The position numbers and the translations under genes are program-made. DNA of 63,794 nt, the filler included, from Octopus bimaculoides (lineage: Eukaryota): the NCBI RefSeq assembly GCF_001194135.2. It is 11 parts of 11 records of this genome, joined end to end, with 100 filler letters (N's around TTAATTAATTAA, not from the genome) between each part and the next. Parts side by side here need not be neighbours in the genome. Positions count along the whole stretch, not along the records: positions 24,772 to 28,856 come from NC_069006.1; positions 28,957 to 35,633 come from NC_068989.1; positions 35,734 to 45,862 come from NC_068983.1; 8 more parts are not named here. One strand, given 5' to 3'. The number at the start of each line of letters is the position of its first letter. Position 1 is the stretch's first letter. Shown here piece after piece: positions 26,814 through 40,099 of this stretch. The notes beneath the pieces were generated by a model. It searched no databases and was not told the origin of the DNA. It saw only the letters and a list, made by a program, of their open reading frames with translations.

Positions 26814-27143
26814 AGAAAAAAAATCGTCAGAATTTTGGAATAACTTCTTTCCTTTATTTTATACATATATTAGCGCTTTCGTTCGTCTTTCGAACTTGTC
26901 AAATAGAACTGTGAAAATACAGAGATCTAGCTTATTTATATAAAAACAGGTGTTTTGGGGGGTTTTGTTTATAACAGAACATTGTTTTGTTTTTTTGTTT
27001 TTTTTGGGGGGGTGAGGCTTTGGAGACAATGGAAGATGTATAAGCAAATAGATAGATAGATAGGCAGATAGAGAGATAGATAGATAGATAGACTGATAGT
27101 CAGACAGATAGAGAGATGGATGTGGTAAAAGAGAGAGAGAAGG

Positions 27144-27243
27144 GCCATTGTATATATATATAAACATTGTATATATATATAAACATTGTATATATATATA
27201 AACATTGTATATATATATAAACATTGTATATATATATAAACAT
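27144..27243. repeat. ~19-bp minisatellite (aaacattgtatatatatat) x5
   Basis: Direct reading. Confidence 0.95.
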
Positions 27244-27299
27244 ATGTACGTATATGTACACACGCGCAAATACAGACAGACGCATAGATAGATAGATAC

Positions 27300-28150
27300 T
27301 TATATTCTTTTCTGCTCTAGGCACAAGACCCGAAATTTTGGGGAAGGGGGCCAGTCGATTAGTTCGACCCCAGTACGCAGCTGGTACTTAATTTATCGAC
27401 CCCGAAAGGATGAAAAGTAAATTCGACCTCGGCGGAATTTGAACTCAAAGACAGACGAAATAACGCTAAGCATTTCGCCCGGCGTGCTAACGATTCTGCC
27501 AACTCACCGCCTTAGATATATACTTATATTTATTTCTTTATTGCCCACAGGCTCCCTGTGGACAATAAACATAGAGGAGACAATGACAGACAAAGGGATT
27601 AAGTCGATTACATCGCCCCCCTGCCCTCCAGTGCATGACTGGTACTTAATTCATCAACCAGCTCGCCGCCCTTAAAATATTAATAATCTTTTCTACTCTA
27701 GGAACAAGGCCCGAAATTTGGGGCGAGGGGCCAGTCGATTAGATCGACCTCAGTACGTATCGACCCTGAAGGGATGAACGGCAAAGTCAACCTCAGCGGA
27801 ATTTGAACTCAGAACGTAAAGACAGACCCCTAAGCATTTCGCCCGGCGTGCCAACGTTTCTGCCACCCCGCCGCCTTCATATATACTTATATTGAAAGCG
27901 TACCCGTTTTCCAGTTCTACTGCTTTTTTTTATTATTTAAGATGTTTTTTTTTTATATTTCTTTATTAATTACTGTTTCTAATTAAGATAGACGGCCAAC
28001 AATTTTTGAGGGAAGGGGCTTAGTCGAAATCCTCAATCCCAGTACTTGACTAGTAATTCACTTGATTGACCCCGGTGGGATGAAAAGATATGTTTGCCTT
28101 GCCGAGATTTGAACTCAGAGCGTAAAGCACTGAAACAAATTCCACAAACC
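27300..28150 (-). mobile_element. Head-to-tail array of four SINE family A copies or fragments
   Basis: Units ~27300-27511, 27528-27670, 27686-27876, 27992-28150. Confidence 0.88.
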
Positions 28151-28580
28151 CACTACATGTATTTCTATATAAATAATCATTCTTGTTTAGTCTGAAGCAA
28201 TCATATTCTACAGTTAGCCATCTGTGTATCATAATAAATGTATGTTCACCATTGAAAGGTAGGCTGCTGTGGTCTTCTTCGAGAAGAAAATCACTTCATA
28301 GACATGTGTTACAAACGTTGGCTAAAATTGGTAAACAGTTAATATGGGTGGAATGTTCTTTTCATTCCTCCATCTGTGTATCATATGTCTGAGATAAAAA
28401 TCTGTTCATAAATTCATGTTAGAAACACACTGAATATCGGAGTAAGACGAACACCGTTGCTATAGAAGCTCACGAGAACGACAACTATTTTGTTATGGTT
28501 AGAATTCTATGGCTCTGCGTTCTTTTTAACTAATTCTTTCTACAATAAAATAATTATTTCTAATTTCAGATATTCATTAA

Positions 28581-28850
28581 TTGGCTGGAAATTCGACCAA
28601 CTATGAACAAAAGTGGATCATCAAGCAGTACTGGGAAACAGAGAATGCAGAAATGGATCGAAGAATTCCAAAGACCAGCTCCGTCAAGATTAACAGTTTA
28701 CAGAATACGTGAGAAATTTGAGCGGATTGGGTTCATTTGCAATGCACAGAAAAGTGATTAACCGGTCAGTGTTACCAGTGAAGAAAAGGAAATGCTTGTG
28801 GCTCAAGCATTTACTCAAAGTCTCCAGAAATCAAGAACGAGGGCTTATAT
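28581..28850 (+). pseudogene. N-terminal fragment of a Tc1/mariner-superfamily transposase (HTH region)
   Basis: EQKWIIKQYWETENAE..RLTVYRIREKFERIG..EEKEMLVAQAFTQSLQKSRTRA across frameshifts, resembling DUF4817-type mariner N-termini; truncated by a gap. Confidence 0.65.
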
Positions 28851-28957
28851 GTATATNNNNNNNNNNNNNNNNNNNNNNNNNNNNNNNNNNNNNNNNNNNN
28901 TTAATTAATTAANNNNNNNNNNNNNNNNNNNNNNNNNNNNNNNNNNNNNNNNNNNNA

Positions 28958-31200
28958 GAAAAATAAATGTTAAACTGTCCGCCAAACATGGACTTTAGGG
29001 CCCTCGGTTCATGGAGTCTGGTCTCACTAATGGCTATGATATCCAAATTGTGTGACTTGATGTCATATAAGAGGTACCCTTGTTTCCAAGGGGACCCCAA
29101 GCCACGCACATTCACACAACCAATCTTCACCATGATTCTATTTATACGTGTGCTTTAAGGCAGAAAACAAAAAGAACAGAGAGTTACTTATCGTCCGAAA
29201 GTTTTGTTTCCTCCTTGGATTTTTCACCAAGGAGGCTATTGTACAATTTCTTGCACAAATATTTTTGACATCCCCCTACCGAGTTGGGGTAGAGGGATTT
29301 TATTTTGTGGTGCAATGCTGGTGATACATGATAAATTTTAATATGCTTTGGCGGTGTTGTGCGTGGGTGGTTGTTTGTTTTGATGTCGTTGTCTGTGATG
29401 TTTGTTTTAGAGTTGATGTAATTCATCAACTCTGTGTTTGTACTGTCTATTGCTGTTAGCATTGTTTTTTGCATATTACTATTAATGTTAGGTGTATTTT
29501 CGGGAGATGTGAATCTCCCTGCTTTGTTTGTGTTTGCATTTTGTTTTGTTTTCTTCTTACTGCGCTTCCTCTTTCCTTTCGTANNNNNNNNNNNNNNNNN
29601 NNNNNNNNNNNNNNNNNNNNNNNNNNNNNNNNNNNNNNNNNNNNNNNNNNNNNNNNNNNNNNNNNNNNNNNNNNNNNNNNNNNNNNNNNNNNNNNNNNNN
29701 NNNNNNNNNNNNNNNNNNNNNNNNNNNNNNNNNNNNNNNNNNNNNNNNNNNNNNNNNNNNNNNNNNNNNNNNNNNNNNNNNNNNNNNNNNNNNNNNNNNN
29801 NNNNNNNNNNNNNNNNNNNNNNNNNNNNNNNNNNNNNNNNNNNNNNNNNNNNNNNNNNNNNNNNNNNNNNNNNNNNNNNNNNNNNNNNNNNNNNNNNNNN
29901 NNNNNNNNNNNNNNNNNNNNNNNNNNNNNNNNNNNNNNNNNNNNNNNNNNNNNNNNNNNNNNNNNNNNNNNNNNNNNNNNNNNNNNNNNNNNNNNNNNNN
30001 NNNNNNNNNNNNNNNNNNNNNNNNNNNNNNNNNNNNNNNNNNNNNNNNNNNNNNNNNNNNNNNNNNNNNNNNNNNNNNNNNNNNNNNNNNNNNNNNNNNN
30101 NNNNNNNNNNNNNNNNNNNNNNNNNNNNNNNNNNNNNNNNNNNNNNNNNNNNNNNNNNNNNNNNNNNNNNNNNNNNNNNNNNNNNNNNNNNNNNNNNNNN
30201 NNNNNNNNNNNNNNNNNNNNNNNNNNNNNNNNNNNNNNNNNNNNNNNNNNNNNNNNNNNNNNNNNNNNNNNNNNNNNNNNNNNNNNNNNNNNNNNNNNNN
30301 NNNNNNNNNNNNNNNNNNNNNNNNNNNNNNNNNNNNNNNNNNNNNNNNNNNNNNNNNNNNNNNNNNNNNNNNNNNNNNNNNNNNNNNNNNNNNNNNNNNN
30401 NNNNNNNNNNNNNNNNNNNNNNNNNNNNNNNNNNNNNNNNNNNNNNNNNNNNNNNNNNNNNNNNACTATTGTTCTTTTTTCCTTTAGAGCATTTGCGAAA
30501 TTTGTTTTTGTTGTGCTGGCAGACATGTTCTTTTGAATATTTTTGTTTATGTTGGTGTATGTACTGCCTGGTTCAAAGGTGGTGGTACTGGCAGCAGAGT
30601 TTGTTGAACAGGTGATGGTGTCAGTGCTGACGGCCGATAACTTTACGTCCTTGCTGTTGTTGTGGTTTTTATTGTTGTTGTTGCTGGTGGTGGTGGTGGT
30701 GGTGTTGGTGGCGGTGTTAATTTTCATGTTGTTATCACTGGTGTTAGTAGATGGAGAGACTGCATTAGTAGCAGTCGCTTCCGATCCAGATTTCCTCATA
30801 GTTTTCATGGTGGTGGTGGTGGTGGTGGTGAGAGGACTGTTTGTAGCTGTAATCCCCGTCTTTTGTGACGTTTACAGCAGCTGCGTTCCTATCACTGAGT
30901 GAGCATGCGCTACTCTGTTCTTTTTTTTCTTCTGGCATCTGAAGCCTCGGGAAATGCTCGTCAAAAGAACAAGACAAGCGTTCCAAAATTATATTTCTCG
31001 ACATTTTAAAAATGTCGAGAAGGAAATTTTTGTATTTTGCTAGGGCCGAAACTGCCCCTGGGGGCCAATCCCTGCCCTTGAAAATACACAAAAATGAAGC
31101 CTAGGTGCTTCGCAACAAAAATATTTAAAAATTCCGACAAAATGTGGACAATAAAGGTCAAATAAACGTTTACCTCTGCAGCCGATGTGACAGCACGTCC
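28958..31200 (-). mobile_element. L1/Tx1-clade LINE 5' part: Thr/Asn-rich ORF1 (gap-interrupted) and start of the ORF2 APE endonuclease
   Basis: ORF at 29133: MVKIGCVNVRGLGSPWKQGYLLYDIKSHNLDIIAISETRL (NVRGL and SET APE motifs); upstream ORF1-like frames 29184-29474 and 30460-30808. Confidence 0.85.
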
Positions 31201-31224
31201 GTTAGAAGAGATAGACAGACAGAC

Positions 31225-31309
<85 letters not shown>

Positions 31310-31804
31310 TGAGTGTATGTATAATTCACATGGATATTCATGTATATGTATGTAATTGAATGCATATTGCATTTGTGTCTAGTGCGTATAATGTTGAAGA
31401 AATTACGGGCGTGTGTGAGAGTTCCGACCAGTTTGCACGTTGTTTGTCCTTTAGCTAGGCAATAAATTTGACGTTGCTCTAGTGGACTTGGGTGAAATAA
31501 ATAGGTTAACTTTGCTGTGGTTAACCTTGCAGCTGATTATATAACGTTCAGAGGTTGGGCCAGTAAACTCAATCGCTTACATACTTAGGTATCTAGTATA
31601 CGCTCCGGCCTAATGAAACTGCAGATTTGAAATAAGGTATAATAAGTATTAGAATGTTCATGCATGTATGTAGAGTGGCGTCTGGGTGTTTGCAGCATTT
31701 ATCACCTTCTACTTGAGATGTCATCTGGGTGTAACATTCAGAAAAAGGAATGTTAACCTTCACAAACGAGTCAAGTACTTTACTGCGTAGCAGAAATCAA
31801 TGTC

Positions 31805-31857
<53 letters not shown>

Positions 31858-32314
31858 NNNNNNNNNNNNNNNNNNNNNNNNNNNNNNNNNNNNNNNNNNN
31901 NNNNNNNNNNNNNNNNNNNNNNNNNNNNNNNNNNNNNNNNNNNNNNNNNNNNNNNNNNNNNNNNNNNNNNNNNNNNNNNNNNNNNNNNNNNNNNNNNNNN
32001 NNNNNNNNNNNNNNNNNNNNNNNNNNNNNNNNNNNNNNNNNNNNNNNNNNNNNNNNNNNNNNNNNNNNNNNNNNNNNNNNNNNNNNNNNNNNNNNNNNNN
32101 NNNNNNNNNNNNNNNNNNNNNNNNNNNNNNNNNNNNNNNNNNNNNNNNNNNNNNNNNNNNNNNNNNNNNNNNNNNNNNNNNNNNNNNNNNNNNNNNNNNN
32201 NNNNNNNNNNNNNNNNNNNNNNNNNNNNNNNNNNNNNNNNNNNNNNNNNNNNNNNNNNNNNNNNNNNNNNNNNNNNNNNNNNNNNNNNNNNNNNNNNNNN
32301 NNNNNNNNNNNNNN

Positions 32315-32345
<31 letters not shown>

Positions 32346-32494
32346 CATATATATATATGTATATATATTAAGGGTTGAGTGTGGATTCGTGCTTTAACTG
32401 GAGTAGTTTCCAAAAGATTTCTAACGTTGATTCTTCATACTATATTTTGAATTTACTGATGTAAATTGGTGTTGATATGAAAGGGTATATAAGT

Positions 32495-32765
32495 ATATTA
32501 AGTCTATGATTTAAGTTATAGAAAGAAGTTCGACAAATTCAATCATATTTTTCGTAAATGGAGGAGATTAGATGTTAATATGGAATAAAATATTTTTTTA
32601 TTCATTTCGCTATACGATCGTTTCGTACATAAAGACAATAAATTCATTTAAGAAATGAATAAAATATATTTTTGTTCCATATTAACGTCTAATCTCCTCC
32701 ATTTATGAAAACTATGATTGAATTTATCGAACTTCGTTCTATAACTTAAGTCATATACTTAATAC

Positions 32766-32767
<2 letters not shown>
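32495..32767. repeat. Long imperfect inverted repeat (fold-back/MITE-like), ~113-bp arms and ~43-bp spacer
   Basis: Left ttaagttatagaaagaagttcgacaaattcaatcata..ggaggagattagatgttaatatgga pairs with right tccatattaacgtctaatctcctcc..tatgattgaatttatcgaacttcgttctataacttaa. Confidence 0.9.
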
Positions 32768-32799
<32 letters not shown>

Positions 32800-32952
32800 T
32801 CAATATATATCATATATACACATACATATATAAGCATATATATATATATAAATATTTTTATATACATATATATAAACATTTTTATATACATATATACACA
32901 CATATTTATATATACATATATATGCATATAGATATACATATATATATATGTG

Positions 32953-32992
<40 letters not shown>

Positions 32993-33223
32993 TTTGTGTA
33001 TATGTTTATATATACATACATACATATGTGTGTGTGTGTGTGTGTTCGTGTGTGTGTGTGTCTTTGTGTATGTGTGTTATAGGCCTATACCCCTAATTGT
33101 GAACTTTATTCTGATGTCTATATTCTTTTATCTAATCTAATCTACTTTCAATCTTTATTCTTCTATTTTATTTCTTAAAATCTGGTAATTTACCTGTCTA
33201 GAACTTTGATAAATACTCACCTT

Positions 33224-33299
33224 GTCTCTGGTGATGGAATACACAGTGCACAGACATGTTAGCCTATCAATTGGAATATCCCAAAAACAGCTGTAAGAC
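33224..33299 (+). ncRNA. Degenerate type I hammerhead ribozyme motif inside a Penelope-like repeat (~33085-33520)
   Basis: Stem I gtct/agac, core CTGGTGA, stem II TGGAATA/TATCCCA, AAAA in place of GAAA, palindromic stem III ACAGCTGT, cleavage triplet GTA. Confidence 0.6.
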
Positions 33300-34055
33300 T
33301 TCAAATTCACGTTACCTTATTTAAATGATTATAAATGACTTCAGATACTCGTCCTGCTTTGGTTTGTGCTCTCTAATATATACCTGCTAACACGAAAGCC
33401 TAATACGGATACCTAGCTCCAGTCTCAGCTGTGAACTTGGAACCTAAAGGGTGACCATTTAGAGTATTTATTCAGCGTTCAGATCCTATTCGTTTATATC
33501 ACCAGTGAACTAAACCCCTCATAATCTCTGTCTGTCTGTCTCTATGTATGTATANNNNNNNNNNTATATATATATATCAACATACATGCATACATAGATG
33601 CATAGATACATAACAACATTTTTCTGTGATTTTGATATCTAAACGTTTGTAAACATTCAGTCACATAGTTATTATGATATTTGCTTTTCACCCCGACACC
33701 TGCCAGCATTTATATCCAAATGCATATTATCGACGAAAATCTTGCCAATATGGCTCGCCTCGATTACAATGCGTTATTAGACACTATGAATACAAATGTG
33801 ACTCTTGTTTATTTCACAGATAGGCAAGCGTGTGGCTTAAATGTGAGTGGTGCTTGTTGAGGTCCGTGTTACATTGTAGTCGGCTGCGTTCGTTTTATTT
33901 ATATAGAAAAACTACTGCAGCCACTACTAACTGCACGGCTCTCATTACCAACACTATTCATCAATACCACTGCTCTGTCCCACGGTATCTTATCTTTCTA
34001 ATACTCAGCAGCTGGACCATTATTGACATCTTAGTCATCAATGCACCAAAGAAAT

Positions 34056-34139
<84 letters not shown>

Positions 34140-34189
34140 TTACGTATGTATGTGTGTGTGTGTGTGTACAAATACATGTATCCATTGTC

Positions 34190-34430
34190 ATATGTGTGTG
34201 TCCTCTGTGTATGTGTTTGTCCTGCACCACCCCTTCACAACAGATGTGGGGTTGTTTACATCCCTGCGACTCGGCGGTTCGGCAAAAGAAACCGAAATAA
34301 TAAATATCATGCTTTACCAAAAAATAATAAGTACTGGCATCGATACGCTGGACTAAAATTCGTGAAGACGAATTCATCAAGGCGGTGCTCCATCATGGCC
34401 GCAGTCAAATGACTGAGACAAGTAAAAGAT
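34190..34430 (+). mobile_element. SINE family B 3' half
   Basis: Family B tail ..ggcggtgctccatcatggccgcagtcaaatgactgagacaagtaaaaga. Confidence 0.8.
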
Positions 34431-35339
34431 AAACCATAAATGATATAGTGCTAAGGGTATTATATTGCCTTTCATTATGTTTCCTGTACCCACAGATATA
34501 GTTATGCACAACACAAAATCAGAAATACACAGACCCGTATTTGAATATATATGCATAAACAGAAGTGTTTGTGCGTTGGGGTTGTGGTTTTCTATTTTAA
34601 TGTGTTTAGTGGGGAGTATCTCATGCTGGCAAAAACAAAGGAAGAATATTTTAAGAATTCGTACTTAAATCTAATTCGTCACCATTTGGACATCGACTAT
34701 AAACTAACTTTATACAATGAGGCAGTAGAAATTAAACACACTTATTCAAGGATTTAAGGGAATTTTATAGATATATTTACATTGACTTTTCTCTATCCAT
34801 CTCTTAATCCCTCACACATACACACACACACATAGTATATAAATATATGTATTATGTATATACACATTTACAAATATACATAAAATACACATGTGCATAC
34901 AAATGTATTTGTTCTATCTATCTATCTTTCAATCTATCTATCTATCTATCTATCTATCTATGAATGTATGTATGTATGTTTGTATGTGTGTATGTCTGTA
35001 TGTATGAACGACTGAATGTATGTATGCATGTATATGCATGTGTGTATATACATGTACGTATGTGTGCAGGTGGAGTGATGTTAACCAATCGATTCGACAA
35101 TTATATAGCGTAGACGCTACGACAGTTGAGTAAAGTTGACATCTTTGGTATTGAATTTTTCTTTTCCTTCTCTTCTCTCTCTTCTCAAGATTCGATTAAA
35201 TGAGTGTGATTGCTTCCGCTATGAAGATGCATTAAAGAAACCAAAAGCTATAAACTCGGGGCAAAAGAAACCCAGAAATATATAAAATAAGACTATAAAC
35301 AAGCAAAAGATTTACTCACGAACAGATATAGTAAAAATA

Positions 35340-35555
35340 GTTTAGATTTTGGCGAAAGACCAGCAATTTCGGTGGATGGATTAAGTAGCTTACATCAATC
35401 ACAGTACTTAAATGATTCTTACTTTATCGACGCCGAAAAGATGAAAGGCAAGTCGATATCGGTGGGATTTGAACTCCGGAATTAAAAAAAAAAGGGAGAC
35501 GTAATGCTGCGAACTTTCGTGCCCACATTGCTAACGATTCTACCAGCTCGCAACG
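35340..35555 (-). mobile_element. Degenerate SINE family A
   Basis: tttatcgacgccgaaaagatgaaaggcaagtcga..tttgaactc..ctaacgattctaccagctcg. Confidence 0.75.
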
Positions 35556-35733
35556 TTATTAAACAATACCGCAAAGATGTATATGAATAGACGTATTTCA
35601 GTGATTAGTTGAGTGGATGGACGGATGGATGGANNNNNNNNNNNNNNNNNNNNNNNNNNNNNNNNNNNNNNNNNNNNTTAATTAATTAANNNNNNNNNNN
35701 NNNNNNNNNNNNNNNNNNNNNNNNNNNNNNNNN

Positions 35734-35794
<61 letters not shown>

Positions 35795-35914
35795 GTGCGT
35801 GTATATGTATGTATACACACACACACACATGTATAATATTGTTTAATATACACAGTACATAATTATGAACTACTAATAGTTTCATACATTGGAGATAGTT
35901 TATGCAGGTTTTAC

Positions 35915-36522
35915 TAACACGCCTAGTGTCTCTAAGCAATCGTCAGGCTTGGAGACACTAGGCTCTGAGCACATGGCCTATACAAATTTCAAATCAGGAC
36001 AATAAAACAAGAGAAGCCACGAGAAAACACGAGAGGAAGGTGGATGCAAAAAGTGGAAAGGTGAACCCCCCGCCCCCTAAAAAATAACGGAAAAAGAAAG
36101 GTAAAAAGAAGAGAATTGGAATTCTATTCCCTGTAACCATAAAGCTATAAAGCTTGTTAGTATAGAATCAACGGAAGGAGTCTAAAGTCTGTGATGCAGC
36201 TGCCCAGTCCGGAGCGGGAGGTGTTCGCCAATTCGACAAAAGAAATTTGTTCATATGTTTACTTTTGGTGAAAAAATTCTAATCTGGAATTCAGCAGTCC
36301 AGTGGAATTTTTAGATCTAAAAGGGATATTCAATCTTTCATTTACGCATATTTTAGATCCATTAGCATATGGCATGGATTTCTCTACGATTTTCTCCTTT
36401 ATTGCATGTGGCGTGGAGTTGGTCTTCAAGTTCCATCTTGTGAATTCTATTGTTCTGATTTGTAAGATGTATTAGCCATGGGCTCAGAGCCTTGAGTTTG
36501 CTTGGAGACACTAGGAGTGTTA
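35915..36522. mobile_element. Non-autonomous DNA transposon-like element with nested inverted repeats
   Basis: Outer IR taacac(g/t)cctagtgtctc(t/c)aagcaa at both ends; inner IR ggctctgagc(a/c)catggc at 35961 and 36475-36491. Confidence 0.7.
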
Positions 36523-38421
36523 TTATAAGCCGCCTAGTATTAGTAGATCATAACTATATATTTTGTACATTAGACAATGTTTATATCTCACTGGATGGGA
36601 TACTTTTTTTGTTGACCTTACCTTAACGGAACAGTAAACTATATATACGTTTATGTTTTTTTTTCTTTTTGCAGGATTCCTGATGTGAAATTGTGTGTTG
36701 AAAGAGATGCCCAAACATATACATATGCAAACATACATTCGCACGCATGCACACACACACGCGCGCGTATATATATATAGGACAAATAGTGAGGGATTAT
36801 CAATCCGGGAAAAATACTTCATAAGCTCTCTTGGCACATCAGGCTAACAATATTACTTCGATTAGTGAAGAACTCCAGGTAATCTTTTGGTAGGATCCCG
36901 AGTTATGGTTCATCACAATTCTATATCGTAAATCTGTGGGTGGGCTCAAGAGAAACTGGTTTATACTCTACGTCAGTGATTCTCGACTCTTGGTCTATCA
37001 TTTACGTTTTTCCATTTAATTTGCTATATTTCTTTTTCTGTCCCTTACTCCTCTACGTGCATTCGAACGTAACAGGGACTAACTGCCCTTCAGCTGTTGT
37101 TTGTATCCCATTGTGTCCACTACTCTGATTGGTTGGTATTAGGGCAATTTGTCTCCTACTCTGTTGTGCCAACTGCGAATAGCCAGTCAGAGACTTTAGA
37201 TAGCATCACGTGAACAACCATTTCCGAATCCTATTTCGAGCCTGCTACTTTCTATAAAAACCCAGCTTTTTCCTCAATACATGTCTTTCAGTTCCAGACC
37301 TTTTTAGGTTTAGCCACTGACCACACAAGACACAGCCAGTTCCAGTGGTGACACCATAACAGCCATGTTGAGACTTACTAACTTCGTCCAACAGCATTAC
37401 GGCAGTCTCCTTCTTCGTCGCTTCTATCATGTTTTCAACGTCGTCAACATCTCTCTACGTACACAGCTCAGCAAGCAACTCGCCCAGGTTCCAACACTTC
37501 TCTGTTCGTGAATTACTTCACCATGGATCAACAATGAATATCCAACCTGCAAGAACTCCTGTACCAAATGACCCAGGCAGCAGCATCACAGCCACGACTT
37601 CACATACGACATGTACCTGCAACCGGCTCAGCATCATGGCTGCGACTTCTTGATACAGTGTTTCAACTACCGTGTACTAATGACTATGAACGGGCATTAT
37701 TTATCTTGCTTGTATCTATGAATATTCTTCTCGCCTCTCTTTATAGATTCTTTCACTATCTACTTAACATCCTCAAACGTACACAACACGCACACACATC
37801 CATGCCTATACACACATCCACGCATAAACTTTCTTCTCACGACGGCCTGTCAGTTTACTTCTGTATCCATGACGCGAACACACACGTGTTATTATATCAA
37901 TAAATCTTCTCCTAATCATTCTACACAGTTGTGTTTCCTTTTTCCATCTGCCACTTATATGTACTATTCAATTTATATTTATTGTATCGACCGTGTGATG
38001 TTTGAAAGAGCCATTCTCGTCCCCACCTCATCACACGGTCGCTACTCTATGAATAATCTCATGATATAAAAGTTCATATCACTGGCAAAGTGCTATCTTT
38101 AAGATAGCGTGTTAGTGACAGTGTATCTGACTCTATGTATGTATGTATGTATGTATGTATGTATGTATGTATGTATGTATGTACATCTGTGGCTATGTGT
38201 ATGTTGAAGGCGGAGTGTAATAGCAATTCTACTCTGGTGAGGAGCTGAAATCTCATATTTCGTCCTTGACATTAAATTCAACAAATCTTCTTCACATTAA
38301 TATGTATACAGACGAGAATATCAGCATTTTCCCTACTTTCCTATAATTCTCAGTTATTATGTCCTTACCTTCATTTCCTTCTCTCTCTCTCTCTCTCTTT
38401 TTCTCTCTCTCTCTCTTTTTA

Positions 38422-38486
<65 letters not shown>

Positions 38487-38739
38487 NNNNNNNNNNNNNN
38501 NNNNNNNNNNNNNNNNNNNNNNNNNNNNNNNNNNNNNNNNNNNNNNNNNNNNNNNNNNNNNNNNNNNNNNNNNNNNNNNNNNNNNNNNNNNNNNNNNNNN
38601 NNNNNNNNNNNNNNNNNNNNNNNNNNNNNNNNNNNNNNNNTCAGGCAGTCTCTGTTATGGGATAGTTTTGTTTTTTCGTTTATTCTTTATCTATCTGTCT
38701 ATCTATCTATCTATTTATTTATTTATTTATTTATTCATA

Positions 38740-38792
<53 letters not shown>

Positions 38793-38803
38793 GCCTGTCT
38801 GCC

Positions 38804-38850
<47 letters not shown>

Positions 38851-38944
38851 GTATCTATCTCCCTATCTATTTAGCTGCCTGCCTCTCTCTCTCTCCCTGC
38901 CCCCGTCTGTCTGTCTCTGGTTAATTTATCTATCTGCCTGTCTG

Positions 38945-38986
<42 letters not shown>

Positions 38987-38996
38987 CATCTTTCTG

Positions 38997-39033
<37 letters not shown>

Positions 39034-39083
39034 TTATCTATCATCTATCTGTCTATTTATCTATCTATCTATCTATCTATCTG

Positions 39084-39142
<59 letters not shown>

Positions 39143-39559
39143 CTTTCTGTCTATCTATATTTTTTCTATCCCTTTCTCTCTCTTCTCCCTACTCATGCTA
39201 TAATCCTCTTCCGTTTGTCTTAGTCTCTCTCCATCTTTCTCTTTCCCTCTCCTCCTCCTTTACCTCTACTACTTCATCGCTCTACCCTTAACCTACATTC
39301 AATTCCTGAATTTTTTTCTCGAATCTTGGTTCCTCTCTCGTCTTGCTAGAAACAACCACCAAATTTCCATTAAATCACGCTATGCTAAATGTCCACATCT
39401 TGAACAAAAAAGGAGAATTGGCCATGGGTGGTACGCCTTTTGAACGTAGCTTTGCTTTGTCAGAATCGACTCAGGGTTAAACCCAACATCTGGGTTGTTA
39501 TTGTTCTGCTTTTCTTCCATTTCTAGCTCTGTTCTTATCTCTCCACCTCTTCCTCTCCC

Positions 39560-39690
39560 CTCTCTCACTCTGCTCTCTCTCTCACTCTGCTCTCTCTCTC
39601 ACTCTGCTCTCTCTCTCACTCTGCTCTCTCTCTCACTCTGCTCTCTCTCTCACTCTGCTCTCTCTCTCTCACTCTGCTCTCTCTCACTCT
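39560..39690. repeat. CT-rich minisatellite (ctctctcactctg units) within a pyrimidine-rich low-complexity region (38380-40000)
   Basis: Direct reading. Confidence 0.9.
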
Positions 39691-39766
39691 CTCCCGCTTT
39701 CTCTCCCTTCTTTCTTTACCTCTTTCAGTCACTCTTTTCTCATCCTCTCTCTCACTCTCCACCCTC

Positions 39767-39815
<49 letters not shown>

Positions 39816-40099
39816 TCCTTTTTCACTCTGTCTGTCTGTCTTCTGTCTGTCTCTCCCCCATTCTCTCTTACACATTTACCTCGTTTCTTCCTCTCCTCTC
39901 CCTTCTTCTTTTAACGACTCCCTCCTCATGCACCCACACACATAGGTCCCTACCCCTCCCTCTCATCCCTCACCTCTCTTTCTCTCTCTCTCTCTCTCTC
40001 TCCTTCTCTCTGTTAATACTTCTAATATGATAACATCACCTGTTGATGTAACGCAGCTGTTTCTATTTAATACTTCGCCATTGCTCCTCTTTCAATACA

